A DNA stretch of 64,000 nt, taken from Rhodothermales bacterium. Its GTDB lineage: Bacteria > Bacteroidota > Rhodothermia > Rhodothermales > BA12. The position numbers and the translations under genes are program-made. Position 1 is the first letter of the stretch, and each line of letters opens with the position of its first letter. Of this stretch, positions 31,739-40,397 are shown piece after piece. The notes beneath the pieces are model-generated. The model was not told where the DNA came from, did no database searches, and saw only the letters and a list, made by a program, of their open reading frames with translations. The stretch is from positions 843,993-907,992 of the forward strand of contig CAWBZG010000005.1 of the NCBI GenBank assembly GCA_963793245.1, written 5' to 3'.

Positions 31739-32692
31739 CTAAAAGATGTCGACCAGATCGAGGTGACGCAGGTAGCGGCCGGGGCTTTCGCGGAAGTCGC
31801 GCAGGAGTAGGTCGAAGTCGGTCAGCGTCGAGTCCATGCGCAGGTAGAGCGTCGAGTCCCCGAGCAGGCTGGCGATGTTGCCGCCGCCACTGCCGACGAA
31901 CAGGGAGTCAAGCCGCTGCGACGAGCGGGTTAGGGCTTGCAAGCCGGGTTGCAAATCGGCGAGCGTCTGGTCGGCGCGGGACGAGGCGTTGGCGAGGCTG
32001 CGCAGGATGGCGGCGAGCGAGTCGGCGTTGGCGTCTGAGTCGCGGGCGAGGGCTGCGGTAAGCACTTCGGTGTTGGCCGTGATCCGGTCGATGCGGCGCT
32101 CCTGCGATTCGGCGATGCGCGTCAGGGCGGCGGTGGCGCGCGACAGGTCGGCGAGCGTTTGGCGCAGGTCGCTGTTAGGATCGGCGAGCAGGCGTTCGGT
32201 CGCCGACAGCGTGGCCGTCGCCGTGGCGGTCAGCGTATCGACGCGGCCCAGCAACAGCGGGCCGGACTCTTGGGCGCGCGTGAGGATCGAAGGCGTCGGG
32301 TCGGTCTGGATTTCGGATCCGTCGGGCAGCAGCGGAGCGCCGGGCGGCGGCGCCTCCAAGTCGAGCGTGACGCTTCCTAACGCCGCGACGCCGCCGACGG
32401 TCGCCAGCGTACCCCGCATGATCGGCGTTCCGTCGTTGACCGTCAGATCGACCTGCACACGGCTCGTCTGCGCGTCGAATGCGACCTGCGTCACGCGACC
32501 GACCGGCACGCCGTTGAGCTTGACTTCCGATCCCGTGACCAGTCCGCCCGTCTGCTCCATCCGCACGAAATACGAGTCGACGCCTGCGAACAGCGGCAGC
32601 CCGTCGAAGAAGCGAACGCCGAGCAGCACGACGATCAAGGTGGCGACGAGGGCGAGGCCGACGAGGACTTCGGTTCCGAGTTTGGAGCGCAT
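31739..32692 (-). CDS. mlaD: MlaD/MCE-family substrate-binding protein
   Basis: N-terminal TM, then ..YFVRMEQTGGLVTGSEVKLNGVPVGRVTQVAF (MCE fold signature). It lies in an operon with MlaF and MlaE. Confidence 0.8.
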   Translation of the reverse strand: MRSKLGTEVLVGLALVATLIVVLLGVRFFDGLPLFAGVDSYFVRMEQTGGLVTGSEVKLNGVPVGRVTQVAFDAQTSRVQVDLTVNDGTPIMRGTLATVGGVAALGSVTLDLEAPPPGAPLLPDGSEIQTDPTPSILTRAQESGPLLLGRVDTLTATATATLSATERLLADPNSDLRQTLADLSRATAALTRIAESQERRIDRITANTEVLTAALARDSDANADSLAAILRSLANASSRADQTLADLQPGLQALTRSSQRLDSLFVGSGGGNIASLLGDSTLYLRMDSTLTDFDLLLRDFRESPGRYLRHLDLVDIF

Positions 32693-33456
32693 CAGGTCGT
32701 GGTAGAGGTGAGGTCGGGGCGTCCGATCTGGTATTCGCTGGCCCGTACGAACGAGAGCAGGATGTCGTCGGTCGCGCGGTGCAGGTCGTCGGGCGTGCCG
32801 GTCCAGTGCAGCGTCCCTTCGTGGACGAACGCGATCCGGTCGGCGACGCTCAGGACGGCGTGCATGTCGTGCGTCACGACGACACTTGTAATGCCCAGCG
32901 TGTCGGCCAGGCGGGTGATGACTTCGTTGACGGTGTCCGACGTCTGCGGGTCGAGTCCGCTCGTAGGCTCGTCGTAGAGGATGTAGCGCGGTTCGAGCGC
33001 GATGGCGCGGGCGAGGGCAGCGCGCTTCTGCATGCCACCGCTGATCTCGCTCGGCTTGCGGTCCGCCGCCTCGGTCATCAACACGAGTTCGAGGCAGACC
33101 GCGACGCGCTCGGCGACCTGGGCAGGCGTCATCCGGGTAAACATCTCCAACGGAAACGCGACGTTCTCGGCGATGGTCTCCGAGTCGAACAACGCGCCGC
33201 CCTGAAACAGCATCCCAAAGCCCTGCCGGATTTTGCGCAGTTCGCGGTACGAAACGGTCGTCAAGTCATCGCCATCGACGCGGACCGTACCGACATCGGG
33301 CTTGAGCAGGCCGATCAGGTGCTTCATCAAGACGCTCTTCCCCGAACCGCTTCGCCCGATGATCGCCAGCGTCTCGCCGTCGCGCACGTCGAGGTCGATG
33401 TCGTAGAGCACCTGACGACCGTCGAATGATTTGCACAGGTTGCGGACTTCGATCAC
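32692..33456 (-). CDS. mlaF: ABC transporter ATP-binding protein MlaF-like
   Basis: GRSGSGKSVLMK (Walker A), LSGGMQKRAALARA (signature), ILYDEPTSGLD (Walker B). Likely GTG start at 33456, forming a GTGA overlap with the mlaE stop. The ORF track extends it to 33504. Confidence 0.9.
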   Translation of the reverse strand: MIEVRNLCKSFDGRQVLYDIDLDVRDGETLAIIGRSGSGKSVLMKHLIGLLKPDVGTVRVDGDDLTTVSYRELRKIRQGFGMLFQGGALFDSETIAENVAFPLEMFTRMTPAQVAERVAVCLELVLMTEAADRKPSEISGGMQKRAALARAIALEPRYILYDEPTSGLDPQTSDTVNEVITRLADTLGITSVVVTHDMHAVLSVADRIAFVHEGTLHWTGTPDDLHRATDDILLSFVRASEYQIGRPDLTSTTT

Positions 33457-34220
33457 AGCAGCAAGACGGCTAAGAGAAGGTCGGCGAACAGGATATATAC
33501 ACACGCCGTCACCGCCGCCTGAGTCGTCGCGCGGCCCACACCTTCGGCGCCGCCGCGTGTATAGAAGCCTTTGTAGCAGGCGACGGACGTGATGATGAAG
33601 CCGAACGAAACGGCTTTGATCAGCCCAAAGACCGCGTCGAACGGGCGGAAGAAGTCGCGCGCGCCGCTCACGAACTCGCCCGTCGTAACAGCGCCCGTCA
33701 CCTCGCCGACAAAGATCGCCGCGCCGATGCCGACGACGCAGGCCGCCACGTACAGGACGGGCACCATGATCACGCCCGCCAGCACGCGCGGCGCCACCAA
33801 GTAGCTCGCCGCGCTAAGCCCCATCGCTTCCAACGCGTCGACCTGCTCGCTGACGCGCATCGTCCCTAGCTCCGCTGCAATCCGCGCGCCGACGCGTCCG
33901 GCCAGCAGAAACGCCGTGATGACGGCGCCCAGTTCGAGGATGATCGACGGAGCGACGATGGCGCCGATGATGCTCGGCGGAATGAACGGCGACACGAGTT
34001 GGTAGGCCGCCTGCACCGTCGTGACGGCGCCCGAAAAGCCTGCCGCGAGCACGACGATGGGCAGCGACGCAAAACCCAGACCGACGCACTGCTCGGCCAG
34101 ATTGCGCCGCAGCACGCGGATGTCGACGGTCGCGAACGCACGCCACAGCAGCATCGTGTAGCGTCCCAGCGCCCGAAACGGCGAGAGCAGCGGTCGAGCG
34201 AGGGCGTGAGTACCGGGCAT
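33453..34220 (-). CDS. mlaE: ABC transporter permease MlaE-like
   Basis: ..LGFASLPIVVLAAGFSGAVTTVQA..EQVDALEAMGLS..VVGIGAA..GAEGVGRATTQAVV. Start set at MPGTHALARP. Confidence 0.85.
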   Translation of the reverse strand: MPGTHALARPLLSPFRALGRYTMLLWRAFATVDIRVLRRNLAEQCVGLGFASLPIVVLAAGFSGAVTTVQAAYQLVSPFIPPSIIGAIVAPSIILELGAVITAFLLAGRVGARIAAELGTMRVSEQVDALEAMGLSAASYLVAPRVLAGVIMVPVLYVAACVVGIGAAIFVGEVTGAVTTGEFVSGARDFFRPFDAVFGLIKAVSFGFIITSVACYKGFYTRGGAEGVGRATTQAAVTACVYILFADLLLAVLLL

Positions 34221-34410
34221 AGAGGGAGCGCTAACGGAGACGGGCGCAGTGGTTCCGGTACGAACGGTCCGTTTGCCCGAAAGCGCGCGCGCTTCACGGT
34301 CTTTCTCTCTGACACCTCTCCCCACACTCATTCGCATCGGACGAGCGCGTCAGCACGTACCAACCACACGAACGCTAACCGTAGTTTACCCAGCGACTTC
34401 CCAAGAAACG

Positions 34411-34665
34411 ATGGCCCTCTTCGACACGCTCTCGCCCAGAACCTTGCACGTGCTGAGATTTGCGCTAGTGTGGGCTGTCGTTATGGTCATGTTGATTTCG
34501 CTGATCAACTGGTTTCTTGTAAATGAGTACGAGGGATTGCTTTACCTGCTCATGATGTTCAGCGCTCATTTCGCTTTTGGGTTGTTCATGGGCTGGATCG
34601 ACTGGCACGGACGCATCGAGTTGAAGCGCCGTGCAAAGCGAAAACGACACGTGGAAACCGACTGA
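34411..34665 (+). CDS. Small 2-TM membrane protein, paralogue 1
   Basis: MALFDTLSPRTLHVLRFALVWAVVMVMLISL.. 84 aa, in a lower-GC patch. No family recognised. Confidence 0.45.
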   Translation: MALFDTLSPRTLHVLRFALVWAVVMVMLISLINWFLVNEYEGLLYLLMMFSAHFAFGLFMGWIDWHGRIELKRRAKRKRHVETD

Positions 34666-34672
34666 CCGTCTC

Positions 34673-34969
34673 ATGGCACTTCTCGACACGCTCTCGCCCA
34701 AAAGCAGACACATCATCCGTCACGGACTACTGTTCGCGCTGACCGTCTTTGTAGGAATGACCGCGTACGAGTGGTTTTTCGAGGACGGCATCGATTGGCC
34801 TCGCCACCTGCTCATCGGAGCGATCGTATACCTGCCGATCGGATGGATAGCGGGTTGGTTTAACTGGCGCACGCATGAGCGATTGCGGATCGAGCGCGAG
34901 ACGTTGGAGCGTGAGGACGAGGAACAGCGGCTGGCGGCACTCGCGCTGATGGAGAGTCGGAAGCGGTAG
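34673..34969 (+). CDS. Small 2-TM membrane protein, paralogue 2
   Basis: MALLDTLSPKSRHIIRHGLLFALTVFVGMTAYEWF.. 98 aa. It shares the N-terminal MAL(F/L)DTLSP(R/K) and ..GW(I/F)(D/N)W..R(I/L) pattern with the preceding gene. Confidence 0.45.
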   Translation: MALLDTLSPKSRHIIRHGLLFALTVFVGMTAYEWFFEDGIDWPRHLLIGAIVYLPIGWIAGWFNWRTHERLRIERETLEREDEEQRLAALALMESRKR

Positions 34970-35112
34970 GCGAGCCAGCAAGAGGCCTGTTGCTCGGCCA
35001 GCGTTTCAGCACACTCCTCTTCAGCAGATGGAGTCGCCGTGCTCGTCTGCTTCGGAGCGGCACCGACTGGCCCCGCTGAGCGTTACCGGCGTCTCACCCT
35101 ACCCACTCGCTC

Positions 35113-35547
35113 ATGGAACGCGGCTCACTGATCTACGGCCTCATCATCTTTGTTCACATCCTCGCCGCGTTTGGCTGGTTTGGTCTTTCGCTGCGGTTGC
35201 AGGCGCTCGCCAAACTCAACGTGACAGACGACATCGCTAGTGCCGGGAAGAAAGCGACGGTGGCGATGACGGCGACGGCGGTCCTGTTGTGGGCAGGCGG
35301 GTTCGTCGGGATGCTGATCGGCGGCGGGTTTGCCAGCTACGGCGCGACGTACCACACGAGCGTCACGCTGATTCTGGTTCTCGTCGGCGTTCAGGTGTTC
35401 GGCATCGGGCGGGCGTGGAACGGATACGCGGCAGGCACTACGCCTGGCAAACGCGTCCAGATGTGGATCGGTATCGGCCACTTGCTGTGGTTCGTCACGC
35501 TGATCCTGATGCTGTGGCCGCAGTACTTCGCCCCGGCGCTGGGCTGA
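35113..35547 (+). CDS. Hypothetical 4-TM membrane protein
   Basis: 144-aa ORF with four hydrophobic segments (IYGLIIFVHILAAFGWFG, AVLLWAGGFVGMLIGGGF, VTLILVLVGVQVFGI, IGIGHLLWFVTLILMLW). Confidence 0.5.
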   Translation: MERGSLIYGLIIFVHILAAFGWFGLSLRLQALAKLNVTDDIASAGKKATVAMTATAVLLWAGGFVGMLIGGGFASYGATYHTSVTLILVLVGVQVFGIGRAWNGYAAGTTPGKRVQMWIGIGHLLWFVTLILMLWPQYFAPALG

Positions 35548-35626
35548 GCCTGCTGGACAGGCGGCTGGAGAGTCTACCTTTCGCGAGGTCGCACGTGTCG
35601 TGTGGCGCCTCGAAACGAGAGAGATC

Positions 35627-35983
35627 ATGCAGCTTGCCGCCCAACTCATCGTCGCGCTCGTCGGACTGATCCACGTCTACATCTTCGCGCTGGAGACCTT
35701 CCTGTGGGAAAGACCGGCGGGCCTGCGCGCTTTTGCGATGACGAGAGAGCGAGCGGCGGACACCAAGGTGCTGGCGATCAATCAGGGCGTCTACAACGGC
35801 TTCCTCGCCGCTGGGCTGTTCTGGGGATTGAGCCAGGGAGCCGATGGCGCCGACGTTCAGGCGTTCTTCCTGATCTGCGTTTTTGTAGCGGGCGTGGTCG
35901 GCGCGGCGACGTTCTCGCGCAAGATCCTCTTCGTCCAATCGGTCCCCGCCGCGCTCGGGTTGCTGCTGCTGTTTCTCGCGTAG
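35627..35983 (+). CDS. DUF1304-family membrane protein
   Basis: MQLAAQLIVALVGLIHVYIFALETFLW..AINQGVYNGFLAAGLFWG. This matches my recollection of DUF1304. Confidence 0.65.
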   Translation: MQLAAQLIVALVGLIHVYIFALETFLWERPAGLRAFAMTRERAADTKVLAINQGVYNGFLAAGLFWGLSQGADGADVQAFFLICVFVAGVVGAATFSRKILFVQSVPAALGLLLLFLA

Positions 35984-35992
35984 AACCGCCCT

Positions 35993-36832
35993 CTACTCGG
36001 CGGCGGCCTGCAAAATGCCCTCGCGCGTCAGAATGGCGTCGACGATGCGCAGGCGGGCGCCGACGAGGTCGGTAGCATCGCTCGCGGCTTCGGCGTTGAG
36101 CGCAAACACGACATCGCCGCCGTCGGCTTCTGGGCGTTCGACCCATCCGACGAGCCATCCGATCTGCGAGCCGCCAACCGCATCGCTCAAGCCGGTTTTG
36201 CCCAGCAGCCGGGCCGAGCCGCGTTCGATCAGGACCGGCACGATGCCACGGACGGTCGCTTCGGTGGCATCCGAAAACCCTGTATCGCCCATGCGGAGCG
36301 CGTCGACGAAGCGCACCTGCTCGTCTGCCGAAATCTGGAGCGAGCGGTCGAGCCAGAACAAACCTATGTCGTCGCCGACGACGCCGTTGCCGTAGGGCGT
36401 GCGGGCGAATGCGTCGAGGTAGCGCTGCCGTCCCACGTCGCGGGCGACGCGTTGGTAGAGCCAGACGACGGAGTTCGCCATGCCGGTGCGCAGCGTGTGA
36501 TCCTGATTCCAAGGACGAATCGACCGCTCGATACCGTCCCACACGAACAGGGAATCCACATCGCGCACAACGCCTGTCTCGACGGCGACCAAGGCGTTGT
36601 ACAGTTTGAACGTCGACGCGGGCAGGTAGCGCGTCGCGGCCCGCTCGGAGTCGAAGCGCTCGGTGTGCCCCGTATCTGGATGGTAGAGCACGAACGTGCC
36701 GCGTGTGTCCTCGGCAGCGAAGGCGTCGGCCCAATCGGGGCGTTCGGTGTCGACGAGCGGCGGCTCAAGCGTCGGCTGGGGCGCGCATCCGGCGAGCGCA
36801 AGCAGCGCGATGGCGAGAAAACGAGAGCGCAT
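35993..36832 (-). CDS. Class D (OXA-type) beta-lactamase family lipoprotein
   Basis: Lipobox LALAGC. Active-site motifs PASTFKLYNAL (STFK), ANSVVW (SxV) and GKTGL (KTG). Confidence 0.75.
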   Translation of the reverse strand: MRSRFLAIALLALAGCAPQPTLEPPLVDTERPDWADAFAAEDTRGTFVLYHPDTGHTERFDSERAATRYLPASTFKLYNALVAVETGVVRDVDSLFVWDGIERSIRPWNQDHTLRTGMANSVVWLYQRVARDVGRQRYLDAFARTPYGNGVVGDDIGLFWLDRSLQISADEQVRFVDALRMGDTGFSDATEATVRGIVPVLIERGSARLLGKTGLSDAVGGSQIGWLVGWVERPEADGGDVVFALNAEAASDATDLVGARLRIVDAILTREGILQAAAE

Positions 36833-37027
36833 ATCGGATCGAGGCGTGTCGTAAGGTAACCGCAAAGCGTCCCGTAGGGATGACCGCTTGTGTCGCCCTT
36901 CTCAGCAGACAATCAGCACGTTCGAAAGCGAAGCCGAACAGTCCGCAGAGAAAGACCAACGCCCGCATCGAGGCGAAACGCGACAGACCGAAGTCGGTAG
37001 CTTGCCTCTCCACTCGCCGCCCGCCTG

Positions 37028-38350
37028 ATGTCCGTCCGCCGCCTCCGCTCGCAGTTCGAGCGCGCCTTGATCCTCGAAAATCCGCATCCCGACCTGGATG
37101 GGTACCTGTCGGAGTTGGGCATCGAACCGGAACGCCTCCCCGAAAGCGCGACGCAGGACGAAGCATTCGTGCGGCAGCGGCTAACCGAAGGCGGACACGA
37201 TCTGTTGTTCAAGCGCTCGCGCTTTCCGGTCGACGAAGCGTTGCTCCAATCTGCGCCCCACCTCGCCGCTGTCGTCCTCTGCTGCATCGGCGACGACAGC
37301 GTCGACAAGGAGGCGTGCGCGCGGCATGGCGTTCTCGTCCTCAACGATCCGGTCTCGAACGGGCGCAGCGTCGCCGAATTGGTGATGGGCGAGATGATCT
37401 GCCTCGCGCGGCGCATCTTCGACAGCCACGACGCCGGACGACGCCACCTGTGGACCAAGGACGCAAACGAGCGCTACGAACTCAAAGGCAAGACGCTGGG
37501 CATCATCGGCCTGGGCAACATCGGCAAGCAGGTGGCGCGCATGGCCGACGCGTTCGGAATGGACGTGCTGTTCTACGATACGCACGTCGTCGCGCGCGAG
37601 GTCGGGTTGGCGCTGGGCTGGCGGTCGGTTGGATCGCTGGCCGAGGCGTTTGCCCAGTCGGACGTAATCAGCCTGCACGTGTCCGCCGAGGACCGATCCG
37701 GACGCAGCAACCGCGACCTGATTACGCCCCAGCACCTGGCGAGTCTGGCGTCCGAACGCGGACCGGGCAGCCCGCGCCTGTTTCTCAACGCCGCACGCGG
37801 CTTCCTCTACGAACCCGACGACTTGGTCGCCGCCGTCGAAGCCGGACACGTGCGCGCCGCTGCCGTCGATGTGTTTCCCCTCGAACCCGGCAGCAAGCGC
37901 GACGCGTGGGAGAATCCGTACGCCAAGGAAGGCGGCATCGTTACGACGCCCCACATCGGCGCCGCGACTCAAGAGGCCCAGCCGCGCATCGCCCGCTACG
38001 TCGCCGGGTCGACGCGACTGTTGCAGCAGTACGGCACGGTCCGCGACACCGTCTACATGCCGCAGCACACGATCGGCGTCGAGTCGGACGCGCCGTACTG
38101 GACGCTCGCCGTCGTCCACGCCGACGCACGCGGCACGCGGAAAGCTATCGCCGACACGATCTACGACGCAGGCGTGAGCACGCTGCACTCGGCCCACCGC
38201 GACTTTGCCACGTACGGCATCGCCTACGACGTGTCGGCCCTCGACGCCCCACTTCCCGATGACGCGCTCGACGCTATCGTCGACACCGCTGCCCGCCTGA
38301 CCGGAAACGCCGACGCTATCCGCTCGATTCGGCAGTTCGAGGTCACGTAG
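37028..38350 (+). CDS. D-3-phosphoglycerate dehydrogenase-like 2-hydroxyacid dehydrogenase
   Basis: GKTLGIIGLGNIGKQVA (NAD fold), ..LNAARG..AAVDVFPLEP..TPHIGAAT. The C-terminal ~90 aa is ACT-like. Confidence 0.8.
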   Translation: MSVRRLRSQFERALILENPHPDLDGYLSELGIEPERLPESATQDEAFVRQRLTEGGHDLLFKRSRFPVDEALLQSAPHLAAVVLCCIGDDSVDKEACARHGVLVLNDPVSNGRSVAELVMGEMICLARRIFDSHDAGRRHLWTKDANERYELKGKTLGIIGLGNIGKQVARMADAFGMDVLFYDTHVVAREVGLALGWRSVGSLAEAFAQSDVISLHVSAEDRSGRSNRDLITPQHLASLASERGPGSPRLFLNAARGFLYEPDDLVAAVEAGHVRAAAVDVFPLEPGSKRDAWENPYAKEGGIVTTPHIGAATQEAQPRIARYVAGSTRLLQQYGTVRDTVYMPQHTIGVESDAPYWTLAVVHADARGTRKAIADTIYDAGVSTLHSAHRDFATYGIAYDVSALDAPLPDDALDAIVDTAARLTGNADAIRSIRQFEVT

Positions 38351-38759
38351 GTGACGTTCGCGCCGTGGGTCGAACTGGGCTGGGGAGTAGCGTTGGCGCT
38401 GGTAGTGATCGTCGGCGCGAGGATGGTTGGAATGGACCGAGATCGTTCGTTCTATCCGACGCTTCTCATCGTGATTGCGCTGCTCTACCTGCTGTTCGCG
38501 GCAATGGGCAGCAACGCGTCTGTTTCTCGTAGAGGCCGCCGTTGCATTCGCATTCGTAGGGATGGCGACGATGGGCTATCGGAGGTCGACGTGGTGGCTC
38601 GTGGCAGGCTACCTGCTGCACGCCGGGTGGGATGTAGCGCACGACGTAGTGACGACCAATGACGGAGTGCCGCACTGGTGGCCGGGATTCTGCTTCGGGT
38701 TCGACGGCGTCATCGCGGCCTACCTTGCGTGGCGCGAGAGGTCCAGCAGCGCGAATTAG
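38351..38759 (+). pseudogene. Small membrane protein, one frame break near 38520
   Basis: ORF 38351-38662 (..YPTLLIVIALLYLLFAAMGSNASV) continues in ORF 38475-38759 (FLVEAAVAFAFVGMATMGYRRSTWWLVAGYLLHAGWDVAHD). Confidence 0.5.
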
Positions 38760-38851
38760 GCGTCCTGAAAGCGCCGAGTGCACAGCGCAAGGCCATACGA
38801 AACCCCCTACCCGGTTCGTATGTAACTGGTAGGTCACTCCGCCGTCTTTTC

Positions 38852-39799
38852 ATGACCCGATTTTCGCGCCTAGGCTCGCTCGTGCTGGTGTTCGCTGTCG
38901 TGGCGACCCTGGCAGAGCCTGTCCTTGCGCAGCGGCCATTTCACGTCTACGATCCGTTCTACCGCAGTGAGACGGCGCGGCGGGCGTTTCATGAGACGTA
39001 CGCCGTTTCGGGCGAGGTGTCGTACCGTGCGGCGGGGCCGGTCCAAGGCAGTCAGAACGCCATCGCCCCCGATCCGCTGGGCGTCGCGTTTCGACTCGAC
39101 TATGCGCTGACCGACTACCTCGACGCCGGTGTCATCGTCGATGCCGCCGGAGCGACAGGCGCCCGCGCGATGCGGTGGAGTTGGGTCGTGCTGACCTACC
39201 ACCGGACGGAAGGGTTCGACGATTACGCCTTTCGCCTCGCCCTCGACCCGGACGCGGATGGACGCGTCGGTTTTCCCCAAGCGGATCTGGCGCTGATTGC
39301 GTCGTCCGTGCTGTCGCCGCGCGTGTCATCGGACTTCGTCGTCGGTGCGCGTAGAGTCAAACGTGGGTATCAGCAGTTCGAATCGCTCGAAGACATTCAA
39401 GCCGCTCCGCCCGCCGCGCCTCAGCCGTCGTACGCGCTCCACAACGCACGCGCGTTGGGCTATGAGGCGAACCTGATGATGACCTACAATCTGCACCTGG
39501 GACCGAGCGGAAGCAAAGCCTATCTCGGCATTCTGGGACAGCACGGCGAATACCGCCTGCACCGCTCGCCCGGAGCCGACGAGGTCGTCCGCGCCTCGCT
39601 TTCCGCCGACGCTGGCGAGCCGGATGAGCAGGTTCAGCGGTTCAGCGGCGGCGTGCTATGGATCCGCCCCGGCTTCGAGTACCACCGTCCGCACTACCGC
39701 CTGACGCCGTTCCTCAACCTGCCCATCGTGCAGTGGAATCCGCGCGAAGGATCGCCCCGCGCCCGACCGCACGTCGGCGTTCAACTGATGCTGCGCTAG
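38852..39799 (+). CDS. Hypothetical secreted protein
   Basis: Signal peptide MTRFSRLGSLVLVFAVVATLAEPVLAQ. 315 aa. No family recognised. Confidence 0.5.
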   Translation: MTRFSRLGSLVLVFAVVATLAEPVLAQRPFHVYDPFYRSETARRAFHETYAVSGEVSYRAAGPVQGSQNAIAPDPLGVAFRLDYALTDYLDAGVIVDAAGATGARAMRWSWVVLTYHRTEGFDDYAFRLALDPDADGRVGFPQADLALIASSVLSPRVSSDFVVGARRVKRGYQQFESLEDIQAAPPAAPQPSYALHNARALGYEANLMMTYNLHLGPSGSKAYLGILGQHGEYRLHRSPGADEVVRASLSADAGEPDEQVQRFSGGVLWIRPGFEYHRPHYRLTPFLNLPIVQWNPREGSPRARPHVGVQLMLR

Positions 39800-39802
39800 T
39801 CT

Positions 39803-40339
39803 GTGGGGCCAATTCCCTCGCCCTACACGCGCATCGACCTGCCCGACCGCGCCGTCGTCGGCCTCGTGTCGGATACGCACGGCTGGTACCACGACGGACT
39901 GGACACCGATCTGGCCGGATGCGATCTGATCCTCCACGCCGGAGACGTGGGCACGCCCGACATCCTCGACCGGCTCGAACGCTTGGCGCCGACCTACGCC
40001 GTTTGGGGCAACATCGACGGGCGACCGATCCGCAACCGCGCGCCCGAGCATCAGCGGCTCGACTTGGGCGGATTGCGCGTGTGGATGACGCACATCGGCG
40101 GACATCCCAAGCGGTGGGCCAAAGGCATCGGCCCAGTTCTGACCGCCAATCCGCCAGACCTATTTGTCTGCGGCCACAGTCACATCTTGCGCGTCGAGCG
40201 CGTGCCGCGTCTGGGACGAATGCTCTACGCCAATCCGGGCGCGGCGGGACGGCAGGGCTTCCATCAGGTGAAGACGTGTCTGCGGCTGACGGTCGAAGGA
40301 GGGAAAGCCGTCGGAGCCGAAGTCGTGGAATTGTCCTGA
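39803..40339 (+). CDS. YfcE/MJ0936-type metallophosphoesterase
   Basis: GLVSDTHG..ILHAGDVG..VWGNID..CGHSH motifs in the canonical order. Confidence 0.8.
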   Translation: MGPIPSPYTRIDLPDRAVVGLVSDTHGWYHDGLDTDLAGCDLILHAGDVGTPDILDRLERLAPTYAVWGNIDGRPIRNRAPEHQRLDLGGLRVWMTHIGGHPKRWAKGIGPVLTANPPDLFVCGHSHILRVERVPRLGRMLYANPGAAGRQGFHQVKTCLRLTVEGGKAVGAEVVELS

Positions 40340-40397
40340 CGCGTTGGCGATGGGGCGTGCCGCATCGGTACGTTACAGGTGAATCATCCGCCCCATC

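Noticed and set aside
36703-38262. 519-aa plus-strand ORF overlapping the dehydrogenase gene
   Set aside because: It is an alternative frame of the serA-like gene and is extremely Arg-rich. It also spans the beta-lactamase promoter region, so it is not credible as coding.
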